64,000 nucleotides of DNA from Ancylonema sp. (lineage: Eukaryota): positions 1-64,000 of the forward strand of contig JBFLGF010000149.1 in assembly GCA_050230475.1 (NCBI GenBank), given 5' to 3'. The translations under genes and the position numbers were made by a program. This document shows, one piece after another, positions 1 to 12,212 of this stretch. Position 1 is the first letter of the stretch. Each line of letters starts with the position of its first letter. The notes beneath the pieces are model-generated. The model saw nothing but the letters and a program-made list of their open reading frames with translations. It had not been told where the DNA came from and ran no database searches.

Positions 1-916
1 TCTGTGGGGTTAATTTGCATTGGAAATATTTTATCATTTTAAATCGCTTTAGAAAAAAATAGTAGCTACGGTGGTCTTTTAAACAAGAGTGGAGAGAATC
101 ATTTGGGGATTCCCCTGGAATTTGAACCCCGAAACTTTGTTGACGTCCTCATGCGCAAGCCAAGGTGAGGCTCTTGAATGTTGGGAGTTATTCGTAATTA
201 TATTGTAGATGGTTAAATATCTATTAATCCTGCACCTTCACCCTCACCTGTTGCGGAATCGTGTGGGTCACCAAGCCACGCGGAGAGGGATGGCGTAGTA
301 GAAGCGGCCGCAGAGAAATACACAGTCTGAAGGTACGTCAATCCGTGCCCAGAGAGGTGATGACGGCTGCCATCTTCTCTCCGAAATCCGCGTGGTTGGT
401 GGTCTGCGCATTGGGCCAGAGATATGCGCCCTTGCGCGACAGGCGTAAAGAAGATCGAACCGCAAGGTACCCGTAAATTCGATGGGAACGCCTCCGTTAT
501 ACATTGAACTCTCGATATAGTGACAATTTTAATGACAGGGGATTTGTTCGTTCAGCAGTGGCGAAACCGGTAAATCTTACGCCTGGACTGTGAATAACGC
601 TTCCATGGCAGTCTTTTTGCCCTCGCGGCCATGGTTCTGAAGTTCTGCTACACCCTAATGAGACAGTTCTTGAGCAGCCAATCCATTCTGCTTTGCCTTA
701 TCTTTCTTGCGTTGGTCACCTATTAGGGGCCCGGGATGTCTAATGTGACAAAGGCACCTGAAGAGTCCATGTCTCTCGACCTGTCAGTCCAAGGCCCACA
801 GCTCGACCGGATATCCTGGAATTACGAGTGGTAGGAAGGTATTCATGGTCATCGATTAATTGTTAAAGTTATATTCTGCACCGTAGCAATCAAATGCGCT
901 GAAGAATTGCGCCACA

Positions 917-1790
917 ATGGCTACCAGGAATGGGGGCGAAGAACCAATAGTCTCGACCGTTGCTTGTCGCATATGCTCTGAGAAGCCAGATCTCATCATT
1001 CATGAAACTAGATGGTCGCGAATCATCTGGGGAGCGGGCTCACATGGAAGTGCATCAAAAGTTGGGCATTGCATGGCTGTGCCGATCAGACACGTGGCTG
1101 ACGTCGGCGAACTATCTAATGATGAGATGATCGACCTGATAAATACCGTAAATATCACGGCCACATCCAGTTACGCTGCGTGGTTCACGTCAAGTTCCTG
1201 GGGGACGGCGAATGTTGGGGCCAAGGTAAGTAAATAGACGTACTGCGGTACGAATGATTGAGGTTCGAAATGAAAGCATATGTGTGCATTTGTGCAAAGA
1301 AGGCAGCTCTTTCTCACTTATTTTCACAATGCCGATCATAGTGCATGCCATCTGTACTTGAGCTCTGCATAGTACGGAGCAGACAGATGCAGGTTGAATC
1401 AGTGGGGCAGACAATTGTCAATGCATATAGTACGCGTTCAGAAGTCCGTTGCATAATGTCTAGGTTGAGGCAGGGAGGCGATGTATGTCCTGCGCAACAG
1501 TAGACATATTTGCAGGCAGCATTTTTTGTCTTGGCGGTATCTAGCATCATGAACTTTTCGCCTCCTGGCAGGGAAGTTGCAACATTGGTTTCAACTACGG
1601 AGAGGAGGCACATGATCCACTGCTATTCGCCGACGACCATCATCTGCACGTCCACGTCATCCCCCGCAACCCAAACGACACCAACTTCATGTGGTGGTCC
1701 ACGCAGGTCAGCACAAGAGTCGTCAATCACTTACTTACGCCCGGTGTTTTGGGAGGTGATTGCAATCGTGAAGATCAGCAAGGCAGCTGA
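917..1790 (+). CDS. HIT-family (histidine triad) nucleotide hydrolase/transferase, copy 1; 5' end uncertain
   Basis: Exon 917-1225 (CRIC motif, GHCMAVPIRHVADVGELSNDE) ends at AAG|GTAAGT. It joins in phase 0 to an exon from 1572 reading GSCNIGFNYGEEAHDPLLFADDHHLHVHVIPRNP (HxHxHxx triad). Stop is TGA 1788-1790, or later if 1707-1793 is spliced. Confidence 0.8.
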
Positions 1791-2472
1791 CAGGAGGAGA
1801 GAATGGACTTGAAAGATACTCTAGTGGACTCTTGGTAGAAACGAAAATGATGTCAACGAGGTAAAAAACAGATTTCTTGCTGATTGGGGAGCATTTCTGG
1901 GCTGAGGCCATTCTAACTGCAAGATATGTTACTCTGCGTGTATTCCCCCTCGGCTTTAATTATTAATGGATGGCCATGCTAGGAGTAAGGACTGGCCTCG
2001 CTCCTGGCTCTTTGCCTTCCCGCAAACAGTTTTCTATGTGACACTTAGTTGCCATCAGCTTCTCATTGCCGAACATTCAAGAAACGCAGAGACTGAGACT
2101 CGCCAGCTGGTCATGTAGCCGTTCTTCGCGATCAGCTGACATCCCATACAGTTGTCTATTGCTCGCAGGCTTCCATTTTACATCTCAAGGATATCCCCAT
2201 GCAAGCTGCCATGAAAGAGCATGTTGCACGGCTGGAGGTGCGCACTCCCGACCTGGTCCTGAGAGGGGATAGAAAGCAAACTATCGACCTGTCGCAACCC
2301 GGAGAGTAGTTTCTCTCAGTTTATGCACCTGAAGCCCTCCATTTATTGAAAGTATGCCAAGATAGAGGCCAGGGAGGGACCACCTCAATGGAATCTCCTT
2401 TCGAGTACCTTCCTCATATCCTTTCACGTGTGTGGTACCAACTTCTTTTAGACCACGAAGGTGGTTCTTCGA

Positions 2473-3365
2473 ATGGCTGATCCAATCGGATTCTTGTGTT
2501 GTTTTTTTTTGTCGTCAATTGTGCAGGCAGAATCAACGTCTTCTTCGTCTAGTGTCTCGCTTGAAGGAAATGTTAGTGCCAAAATTACGGATTTCGTTTT
2601 CACCGAGCCGTCCGAGGATGATTGCCCGCTTTGCAAGGAGTGGGATGCGTTGAGATACACCGAACTTGGACGGGTTTTGTTCAGTGTAAAGCCTTACAAG
2701 TGGGGCCATGTCATGGTCATACCCAATCGCCACGTTGCAACCTTATCGCTTTGTACGGAAGAAGAAGTATGTTGTTTACTCCGCCTCATTTCGGAGGCCG
2801 CATCGGTATGTGATTGGACCCTCATTAACAATCGTTCTAGTTGTGGTGGTGCTCTAATGTAGGCCACCACTTTTCAAATGGCCGACCTACATGATGGTAC
2901 GAATCTCTTGTTCACTGAGCATGAGCAGTTTTGGCACCTGGATCGTGTGGTTTGACTCGGACATGGTTTATCATATAATCCTAGACTCTATTAAGGGCAC
3001 AATTTAGGACGAGTCTCTTGCAATGATCACCAGTGGATTGTCCATTCAATCACGCATCCAGAGACATTGGGAGCGTTGCCTTAGAGCATGTCAATGCTTT
3101 CTTACCTCTCCCACAGGTGGTTATGGAGGCCACGGGTGCGAGATCGTATAATGTGGGAGTGAACGTGGGGCCTCACTCGGGGGCTTCCATCCCTTCCCAT
3201 CTTCACATCCACGTTGTACCGCGGTACAAGCAAGATTGTTCAGTGGCATATTGGCCGGATGTGGAAATGCACAAGGGAAAGTTTCATGCTCCAGAGGTGG
3301 TTGTGAAGGCGTTTGAGACGAAATTTGGAGTACTTGCAAAGCGGGTCTCTAGTAGAAATCTATAA
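2473..3365 (+). CDS. HIT-family hydrolase (FHIT/Ap4A-phosphorylase-like), copy 2, with signal-peptide-like N-terminus
   Basis: Exon 2473-2805 (MADPIGFLCCFFLSSIVQA..., CPLC, KPYKWGHVMVIPNRHV), intron GTATGT..CACAG, exon 3117-3365 (YNVGVNVGPHSGASIPSHLHIHVVPRY). The join is phase 0. Confidence 0.9.
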
Positions 3366-4830
3366 CGGGTCACGGTTACCGTTACGGTTACAACTGCGGT
3401 TACGGTTTGGTCACAAGTTTCTATGTCTTCAACGCTCTTGATGGAAACATACGAACACCGTCTGGAGGGTGGGGTGGTAATGTAATATTATTCTTGTTTG
3501 TCGTTTATATAAATAACGTTTAACACGTGAATGCCAATGTCCCACGCGGGACCTCCTCAAGTTTCACCCGTATATAGATAGAAAGTCCACGTGTTCACAT
3601 ATCCGGTGCTGTTGTTTTGGCTGGCTTAAATACTGAATGCTCCATTTCCACGGGTACCCACCTCAAATGGTGACACGTGAAAGTGTACATGCTTGCTTTG
3701 TACTCACGCAATTCGATGAAGTGACTAGACATAATTAAAAGGCAATTCCAATTCCATGTTACACTGTTGGGAAAGGCATTGTTTTTCTAGTAGCGAGTGT
3801 TCTCTGCATAGTATTTTCAGCATGCAAGCGGCAAAAATTAGCCCATACGGAGTTTGTCATTCGCGGACGTATGGCATACGCCCCATATGGCCAAAATTGT
3901 ACTTAGAAAAAATATTGCACCCCTCAAAATTGCGGATTCGGGCCCGGCCAGGATTAATTGGTTGGGTTTCTTGGACGGAGGTTGGGGGATGGGGGTACGT
4001 CATTGACAAAAGGTGACGTCCCTAAGTAATTTCCGATGGAGAACCTTTCTACGAGGTTTCGCATGTGGATAATAATGCCACCAAGCTTGTCAAAGCGACA
4101 AGTTAAGGATACCTCTACCAATCGGAGGGCATAGAAGGCGTATTCGACATGCTCGGTTCTCGAACCATCCAACAGACTCACCTTTTGAAGAGCTTTAGTG
4201 AAATAGAAGATAAAAGATGTGAAGTAATAGTGGTTTTTTTTGTAGGGAGAAGAAAATGATGATATTACGTAATATTAATACACTTTTTCCCGAGCAAATC
4301 TATTTTGTGGTTGAGAATGAGTTCATGGAAATCCAGATGTTGAGTATGGAACTTGAAAGTAAACATGTAGAAAAGAAGGGTGGATTAATAAAGAAAATAA
4401 GGAACGGGAGAAAAGATGAAAAAATATATTTGCAAGGCAAAAGTTACGGAAATGGAAAATACAAAAAAATAAAGAAGAAGGAAAATTCCGAAAATGAGAG
4501 TGATGTAAAAATAAGTTTTTTTAAGGGTTTAAAGGGTGTAAAGGGTGTACGGCCGTCTGCCAAACGGCCGTATAGCGTACGGACGTATGGAAGTATGCGT
4601 TTGGACCAGCGTATGGTGTTGCGTCCGTACGGCTAAAAGTGCCGTTTTGACGTTTGGACGTTTTCCGTTTGCAAAACGCGTACGCGTTTTGATGCTACTA
4701 AAATATTTTTCAGTATTTAAAATGAAACTTATGTGTTTTCTCGTACATCGAAAAACGAACACATGGACCTATGAACACACAAGAGTTTTTATCTTGACAA
4801 ATATTATGATAGTATATGTCAAGATAGGTA

Positions 4831-5618
4831 TAGTGCTCCCTCGACATGACGACCCTCTTTATAACGACAACCTCGATATAACGACAGTTTTTTGGAACTT
4901 GATTAAAATCAATATGAAATCGCCCTCGATATAAGCATAACGACACTCTTAATATTGACAACTTATTTCAAAAAAAAAATACTAGATGTCCTTATACTCT
5001 GTATGTAACGCTACTGCAGATAACAATGTATAGAAATCGAGAAAAATCTAGAAACCTCATGAATGACACCTCAAACTCTCTACAACGTGTTCGAGTTGTT
5101 CCATATGCCATATCAAGTAAACACCGCCTCTGTCCTCCTCGGATGGTCCAGAACTAAGCTCATGTATATGTAGCAATAGTTCCTCTTGGGTTGCGAAGCA
5201 CTCACAAGTTACACTCATTCAATGTTAACGTTACTAGCTGTTGAAAATGTCCATAATGATCATTGTTCCAACCGTCCACTTCTTTTACTCCATGTCCAAC
5301 AGAATGTGCGTGTCCGGTGTTGCTTTGTAACAACCTTAATACCTCCCCAACTCTTCTCGTAAAGTTTTGTGGTATGTTTTATCCATCCACATGGATTGGT
5401 CTCATGACACACTTGTATAGCTCGTATATCAACACACACGCTCAATTGGATGATCATGCCAGGGCAACTTACTCTAGGAAACATATAATAAACACATTTG
5501 CCTATTCACTTTGCTTCGTTCGCAAAGACCCTCCATACAAGGACAAAAATTTCAGATTCTAGTAGTAAATGTCGTTATACAGTGTATAACGACACCTCGA
5601 TATAACGAGGGAGCATTG
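4831..5618. mobile_element. pogo/Tigger-like (Tc1/mariner) non-autonomous DNA transposon
   Basis: Imperfect TIRs TAGTGCTCCCTCG / CGAGGGAGCATTG, flanked by TA on both sides, with subterminal CTCGATATAACGA repeats. Confidence 0.7.
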
Positions 5619-5839
5619 TACAATGTAGTCTCCGTGTAGACGACAATTAGCAGTTGCACACTGTATTGATTACCGACTAGCGATGTTTTCTATATGAATT
5701 TTTCTTTCGTACGAAGAAATCTGTGATGTCGAGTTGTGGATGTAAGAGAACAACACACAATCTCCAAGATGACATATTAATATGAATTTATTCGATACAT
5801 AATACTTACTCTGACATTACAGATGATAAAATGGCGCAC

Positions 5840-6210
5840 ATGTTCACAACATCGAAGTTTGAACTTGTGGACGCATCATAAGTCTTCTAAAAGCGTGCCG
5901 GATACATCATCGGGTTTATAGGTACAGTACATGCATCTCATACAATAAAGTGTGCCACTTCATCATAAGATGTCAATGTTGTGACACTTTATCACAAATT
6001 CAAAGTTTAAACACATGGGATGCATCATAATATATTTATAAGCGTGCCAAGGATTTTTTATGGTATTCATAGTCTAGATACAAACTATTCACACTTAAAT
6101 GTAGCGCAAGAATCTATATCATCAAATAGCGTGATTTCCACAACATCGAAGTTCAAATATTTAAACGCATCATGTCAAATCTTCAAGCGTACCAAGGATA
6201 TTCAGTGGGC
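5840..6210. repeat. Degenerate tandem repeat, about 3 copies of a ~147-bp unit
   Basis: The motif ACAACATCGAAGTT...GCATCAT...AAGCGT(G/A)CC recurs near 5846, 5993 and 6140. Confidence 0.55.
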
Positions 6211-6267
6211 GTACGAAGGTTCGAATATTCTACCACCAACATTCACATTCATGGAGGTAAGAGGTGT

Positions 6268-6308
6268 GTGGGTGTAGCTCAATGGTAGAGCTGCAGCCTC
6301 TCAAGTTG
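6268..6308 (+). pseudogene. 5' half of a tRNA-like sequence (tRNA fragment or SINE head)
   Basis: GTGGGTGTAGCTCAATGGTAGAGC gives a D arm/A box, followed by the anticodon stem-loop CAGC-CTCTCAA-GTTG. There is no T arm or acceptor 3' strand. Confidence 0.6.
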
Positions 6309-8446
6309 GCCGCTCCTATACACCTAAAAAATTGATGTTGCTTGGTCTTAAACGAGTCTTTGTAAAAAAGCAAATAAAAGAAGAAACTAAGTAGTCCGTT
6401 GATATGAATATTTAATAGTAATAGTTTTTAAGTAGCCATCACTAAAGTGTGGATCGCGAACCTAAGTTAGGTTACAAACAATCAAAAAGAAAAAAAGTCG
6501 AAAATCTACTTTGAGCAAACCAGGCAACGAGCAAGCCAAAATTGTGCTCATAGCACCGTTTACAACCGCACAATGGGCACACCTTACCAAACATAAGTTG
6601 CTTGTTGCTCTTGGATTATGGAGGTCACTTGTGAGTAAAATCCTTGTTTTTGAGTAAATGTACATGGAGAATTGTTATAGCTAGTGTAGGTGAATGAATG
6701 AAGCGAAATTAGTCATGAGGTTTGTTATTAATGCCGGGATTTCAACGAGAAACGAGAGAAAACATTCGCTATGGTAAACTTTTGTTTTGGAATTTGTTGA
6801 TTTTTTTGGATTGTTGTGACAACATTGGCTAGACACGTCGTGCTTCACAACCAATCACTGTACGAAGTGTACTCTTAAGCATCTAGGAAATTGTTTTGTT
6901 GGATTTCTAAGAGTTCACCACTTTCAATTAGAGTGGAGGTCAACTAGTCCACCTATCACCCCGCTGAAGTGTCTACGAGAAACCCGAATTGATTACTCGC
7001 TCAGCTTGATCCCACCACTTTACCCCACATAGGTTAGAGCAAATAAAAGAATATTGAAGTAAGATGAAGTAGGTTGGATGTGTGTTGAAACCCCCACCCT
7101 AACCCACCTTGTGTAGTCATCCCTGCCCACTATTCTCTACTGACGCCTTTGAATGTGTCACCCCATTATCGATTAAAGTCGAAAAAGGTTGGAAGGTTGG
7201 GATGGCAGATGGGAGCCAACTAGGAGCCCCACCTAGCTTCATGCACCATGGGGCAGGACCGAACTCATAACTCGGAGATGTCAAATGGGGCAAGGTGGGG
7301 TTGGATGCGGCTTTGTGGATTCAAGTGAGGACGAAAAGAGTATGAATCGAGACTTGTTATCAACCACATCCTCTAATACATGATTTGTACACGTGTGGAC
7401 AAATCATGCACATGAATGTATATGTTCCTAAATGATTTCCATTTAGTTAGTAAAAGTAATGGATAGTGGGGCCGGGTGGCTAAGACAAGGTAAAACATTT
7501 TAAAGGTTGGGTCATGTTTGGATAGAGCCTAAGGTGGGTTGCCGAACGGGCAATTGGACTTGCACTTGATGTGCTTGAGGAGTTGGGACTTTTTAGATTT
7601 TATTTGCATGAGTTGTTTTTACTTCCTTGTAATATTGCATGCGGTACAAGGGGACCGTGTGGGTCACACCACGTTTGGAAATACCGATTTGGAAATACGA
7701 ATGTTCCTTTTCATTTCCATTTACCAAAGTTAGAACGATTTAGTATTGTATGATGTGGAAAATCACAATTTTCTTATTTTACTATGATAATATAATTTAG
7801 AACGAAACAATTGTCTTTTAATTTTTCTATTTTTTTTTATGACAATATGTGCGAATATGTATGATGTGTATACACATCAGAAATTATTGTGTATACCATA
7901 GATACGTTTCAGCTACTCACAAATTTTGCGAGCTTTATTTGAGCGTGTTGGGTATGTAATTGGGACGTTTTCACAAATATTATGGATATAATCATTCAGT
8001 GATAGGTATTAATCAATAATTTTTCAATGTCAGTGATGGAGTGCTAATAGATTTTATATTCACCGATAAAAAGATGTACCTTCTACATTTTCATAGTATA
8101 GTGACGATACTATGAAGTTAATATATAAAAAAATCTACAATCATTCCGTCCTTAGAAAATGGAAGAAAGTTTCCTTTTCGGCAACAACATGTACAATTTC
8201 CGAGGGTCAAAGTGTGTGCCAACATAAAACGCTTTGTATTAGAATCTTTATATCGATGACCCACTAATACATTGAAGCTAGTAATGCTAAAAGTTGGCAA
8301 CCCAACTTTGCCAAACTGGTGTACAATATGACTTCACACTTTCTACAAATATACCATCCGCACTATTGATACACCCACGATTTTGTTACACAGTTATTTG
8401 TGGTACAACTCATAATTTTTGACCACAAAGATACAAAACGACAAAT

Positions 8447-9908
8447 CTACAACAATGAACGTTGAGCTGCAAATTCATAGGCCAGAATTCCAGCATAACC
8501 GATCATAGCCACTCGTCCATTCCACCTTTCCGCTTGAGCTGTAAATGGCCCGCTGCTGCAGAATGGAACATTGTCCGAATAGAGTTAGAAATGCATGGAA
8601 AAAGAACGAACAGACAACAGCACTGGTATTGCTAGCAGACCGTCAGAGCCAATATTTTGGAAGGAACAAAAAGGATCCACGCTCCTGCCACTGACATATT
8701 ACCTTCGACTGTCAGGAGATTCTCCATTGAATAAGGGCACAAGGGATGCAAAGATGATGATATTTGTGGCCGCAACCAGCCAGAAGAAGCCTGTGTTGTA
8801 AGGCTCCGTAATCTGTTGCCAGATTGTTTTGTGGCTGATGATTTCCGAGATGACAGCCCACGCGCAACCAGTCATTGCCTGGATAAGGGGAAGAGAGGAC
8901 AGTTTAGCTTAAAGAAACACAAACCGTTCTGTACTTTCCGTTCTGACAATGTTAGCATTCGACATACTTTCCCTGAACAACACCTCGAACAGCCCAGAGA
9001 CCGAACTGCATTTTCCCCAATTCTTGTGGTTTACGCATCTTGAACAACCGTACAACAGACGCTGGCCTCGAAGACACTCACCAATCGCCCATTGATGGTC
9101 TCAGGGCCAGGCCCATCGAAAGCCATGATGTTGCCGAAAGTCCTCTCTCCAGTTTCAGGGCGGCGCTCAAGCTCAGATCTTGGGAGCGCTCCAGGTGCAG
9201 GCTCTGCGCCAAAGACCGACTGCTTCTCACTCTGATTAGTGGCCATGTTTTTCTCCACATCTGCTTTCGTGATAGGCGTCTTGGTGCTGTCGATCGCGCG
9301 CTGAACCTGAGCACAGAAAGAAATGCCAGCATTGGTATATATGTCTAATCACCAGAATTCAAGCAGCTGCTCTTCAAGAAGACATCTACACATGACAACG
9401 CATCTCTCAATTCCTAATACATTATCGGTAGTTTTATACCAATGGTGCTGCTCGATTTATATTGCCAGAGTCAACCTTATGAGATCCTACACACTCCTGA
9501 AGGCCAAAGTCAAAGGCAAAGGCCTTCCTACCAGGCAAAGTCACCCTGCTGTGCGCATCTTGTGATCCTCAAAGCTATGACTTACAGAGTCTTTTGCGTC
9601 TTGCGCATCAGCGCAAACCACAATTGATCGACGCAGGGAGGGCCGGGTCATTGTCACGCTCCGAGCAGCGGGTCCACGTGTAATGATTCTGCAGGAGAAA
9701 TGACAGATATTTTCTTCCCCGTTGTTCAAGGAAGAAATTCACCGGAGATGAAAAAAATAGTTCGAGTCATGCTGGCAGCTTGATGGAAAGGGCGATTTGT
9801 ATTAAATCAATAGTCCACTGCCTGACATTACAAATTATTCACTCACCTCCCTTTCCCAACTGTGGCAAATGTGCTGGTCGCCGTAGCTGCAGCCATCGCG
9901 GATGCCAT
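8447..9908 (-). CDS. ELIP: Early light-induced protein (LHC superfamily), 5 exons
   Basis: Exons 9908-9847, 9688-9586, 9306-9082, 8878-8703 and 8555-8447 join in frame with GT-AG introns. The product has a transit-peptide-like start, FDGPGPETINGRLAM, ASLVPLFNGES and AERWNGRVAMIG. Confidence 0.95.
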
Positions 9909-10736
9909 TGTGTATGGTGGATGTGAAAGTGGAAGAATAGAGTGAAAATACGAGGAGGAAGGATGAACGAGAAACACAATGTTTCGGGGCTATTAATTGT
10001 CCTTCGCTACTATTTTTGGCTTCTTTTGTGACTATGTCTTCGAGACAGAGATCTGTGATGTCAGGATCCACTTCAGAGGGGTCTAACCATGCACGTGTAC
10101 GATATTAGGCCAAATCACAAAGATCGAATTCCTCTCCGTTCGCCACGCGATTTGAAACCAAATATCCGTAGTGCCACGGCTGCCTAGCTTTGCCATGTGT
10201 ACACACAGAGCAAGTTCGTAAAGATGAAGGCGGTCAACGTGGTCCATTCTCCTGCTGCATTCAATGTCGGTTACCGGTCTCCACAAACGCTGCAAAACAC
10301 GTGCATTGGACCGCTACGAGTGGCTCCCATCTTCACTCGTCCCCAGAAAAAATGAATAAATATCGTACAGGATTGTACGAAATTGTACCGGGAGCCGTAC
10401 ACAGTCTCAGCGGAACCGGCATATACTACGCGGTATTCGGCGGTACCCGTTTTACGTCAGGGGAGAACTGTCAGCAGTTCCTTTCCTTGCGATTTCCGAC
10501 CAGCGTTATCTTCGGTACTTTCAAGGCTCCAGGTGAGCGTAAAGTTAAAGATTCCCTCGTTACAATCCAGACAATGAGTAGTACTTGTGGCGTCTCTAAT
10601 TGTGACGTGTTTCCGACAATGCAGAAACACGTCACAAAACGAGACTCACAAGTATCAACAGGCGAGGCACTAAATTGGTTTAGCTGCCAGCTGCTTGTAT
10701 CAAAATCCTTGACCAGTAAGGACGCAGCAATGCCTC
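9909..10736. promoter_or_regulatory. Divergent intergenic promoter region (ELIP / glycosidase) with G-boxes
   Basis: Head-to-head genes about 0.8 kb apart, with CACGTG near 10091 and 10278. Confidence 0.45.
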
Positions 10737-12212
10737 ATGATATCGCAGTACCTGCCACTGACTATGATGTCGCATGAAAAAATACTGCATTCAGTTTTGA
10801 AGAGTCGAGCCACGCCTCAAATGAAGATCACTTCGAAAATCCTCTCGGGTTGTGACTCTCTGCATCGACGAGTGATTCTGGACCCTAATTCGAGCCCACT
10901 TGCCGTATCTCTGAACCGGAGATCATTGAAATTGAAAATAGAAGGACCCCCCAACACAATGTTACAACGTCAAATGACGAAACAACTAGTAAGCGTTAAC
11001 GCTACCGACCCTCGCTTTACTGGCAGAGTTCTTTCCCCTCTTCAGAATCCCCAGGATTCAGAGGTATGGTGGGATTCAAATTGTTTTTCTGGGCCGGTTG
11101 TAGTCCCAGGGCCGCTGCCACGATCTTGCTGTGAAGAAAGAGCATCGCGATTTGTGCCAGCCAAGCAGGGATGGCGCATGTACTATTACGGGCGCGACAC
11201 TGATATGTGGCGCCGTGGAGTTAAACCGCCACCGGGAGGAGTTCCGACTGGCAGAATAGGTCTGGCTGTTAGCGAAGACGGCATCACATGGTGGAGGTAT
11301 AAGGGCCCCCTACCTGGTGGCGCTGTTTTTGACCCATCCGAAGATGCAGACGCATTTGATTCTGTGCAAGTTGCTGTTGGAGATGTGGTCAAAGTCGATG
11401 TGGCGACAGTCGCAGATGGAACTGCTGCACCTCATATGGAAGGAAACAACTCCTACAAGTGGAAGTTGTTTTACTTGGGATCCGGGTTAGAGGAGGGAGA
11501 TGTGCCTGGATTCCCCGGCAAAATGGCAGGTGTGAGGATGAGGCCAGGGATCGCAACCTCAGAGGACGGGGTAAACTTCGTACGAGACTTGAAGAACCCT
11601 ATTCTGGACCTTGGAAAACAAGGAGAATTTGACGACCTCGGCATAGTTTGGCCCAGGGTCATTCCGCCCTCAAGAGGCCATGGAGCCCCTGGAGGCCCTG
11701 GTCAGAAATGGTTCATGACGTACCACACCAGGGAACGCGGTCCCCCTCCTGGATATGCGGTTGGCATTGCCACGTCAGATGACGGCGAGAATTGGGTGAA
11801 ATTTGGGCGCATTCTTGGGAGAGGTCCTCCGGGGTCGTGGGACGAAGGTGGGGTCTCAATCCGACATGTGTTGCGGGTAGGCGATCAGTACTTGATGTTC
11901 TACGAAGGGTGTGATTTGAAGTTCAACTTTGCCATTGGGCTGGCCGTGTCTTCGGATGGCTTTACTTGGAACAAAGACCAAGACGTTGGAGTGGAACCTG
12001 GGGGACCAGTTTTTGCCGCACGGAAGGGGGAAGATGTTTGGGACAACATTATTGTCGCTGTGCCCTATGTGATTGCTATGCCAGACAAAAGATTCAGGAT
12101 GTATTACTTGGGAGTAGGTAAACTTGAGGGGCAGGAGTCTTCGCAACGGAGCATTGGCCTAGCGGTTAGTGCGGGACAGGATTTCAGAAGATGGAAGAGA
12201 TATGGAGAATAA
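10737..12212 (+). CDS. Five-bladed beta-propeller glycosyl hydrolase-like protein (GH43/32/130-like fold), intronless; probable plastid transit peptide
   Basis: 491-aa ORF with repeated blades W-x-M/L-Y/F-Y-x-G...IGLAVSxDGxxW and xDxGxxGxWD motifs, plus an S/R/K-rich N-terminal extension. Confidence 0.85.
   Translation: MISQYLPLTMMSHEKILHSVLKSRATPQMKITSKILSGCDSLHRRVILDPNSSPLAVSLNRRSLKLKIEGPPNTMLQRQMTKQLVSVNATDPRFTGRVLSPLQNPQDSEVWWDSNCFSGPVVVPGPLPRSCCEERASRFVPAKQGWRMYYYGRDTDMWRRGVKPPPGGVPTGRIGLAVSEDGITWWRYKGPLPGGAVFDPSEDADAFDSVQVAVGDVVKVDVATVADGTAAPHMEGNNSYKWKLFYLGSGLEEGDVPGFPGKMAGVRMRPGIATSEDGVNFVRDLKNPILDLGKQGEFDDLGIVWPRVIPPSRGHGAPGGPGQKWFMTYHTRERGPPPGYAVGIATSDDGENWVKFGRILGRGPPGSWDEGGVSIRHVLRVGDQYLMFYEGCDLKFNFAIGLAVSSDGFTWNKDQDVGVEPGGPVFAARKGEDVWDNIIVAVPYVIAMPDKRFRMYYLGVGKLEGQESSQRSIGLAVSAGQDFRRWKRYGE

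Noticed and set aside
209..298. Short frame MVKYLLILHLHPHLL.. with an HxHxH pattern as a third HIT copy
   Set aside because: No NxG or PR context and only 29 codons; probably chance.
10190..10777. 195-aa ORF upstream of the glycosidase-like gene
   Set aside because: No recognisable motifs; it spans the divergent promoter.
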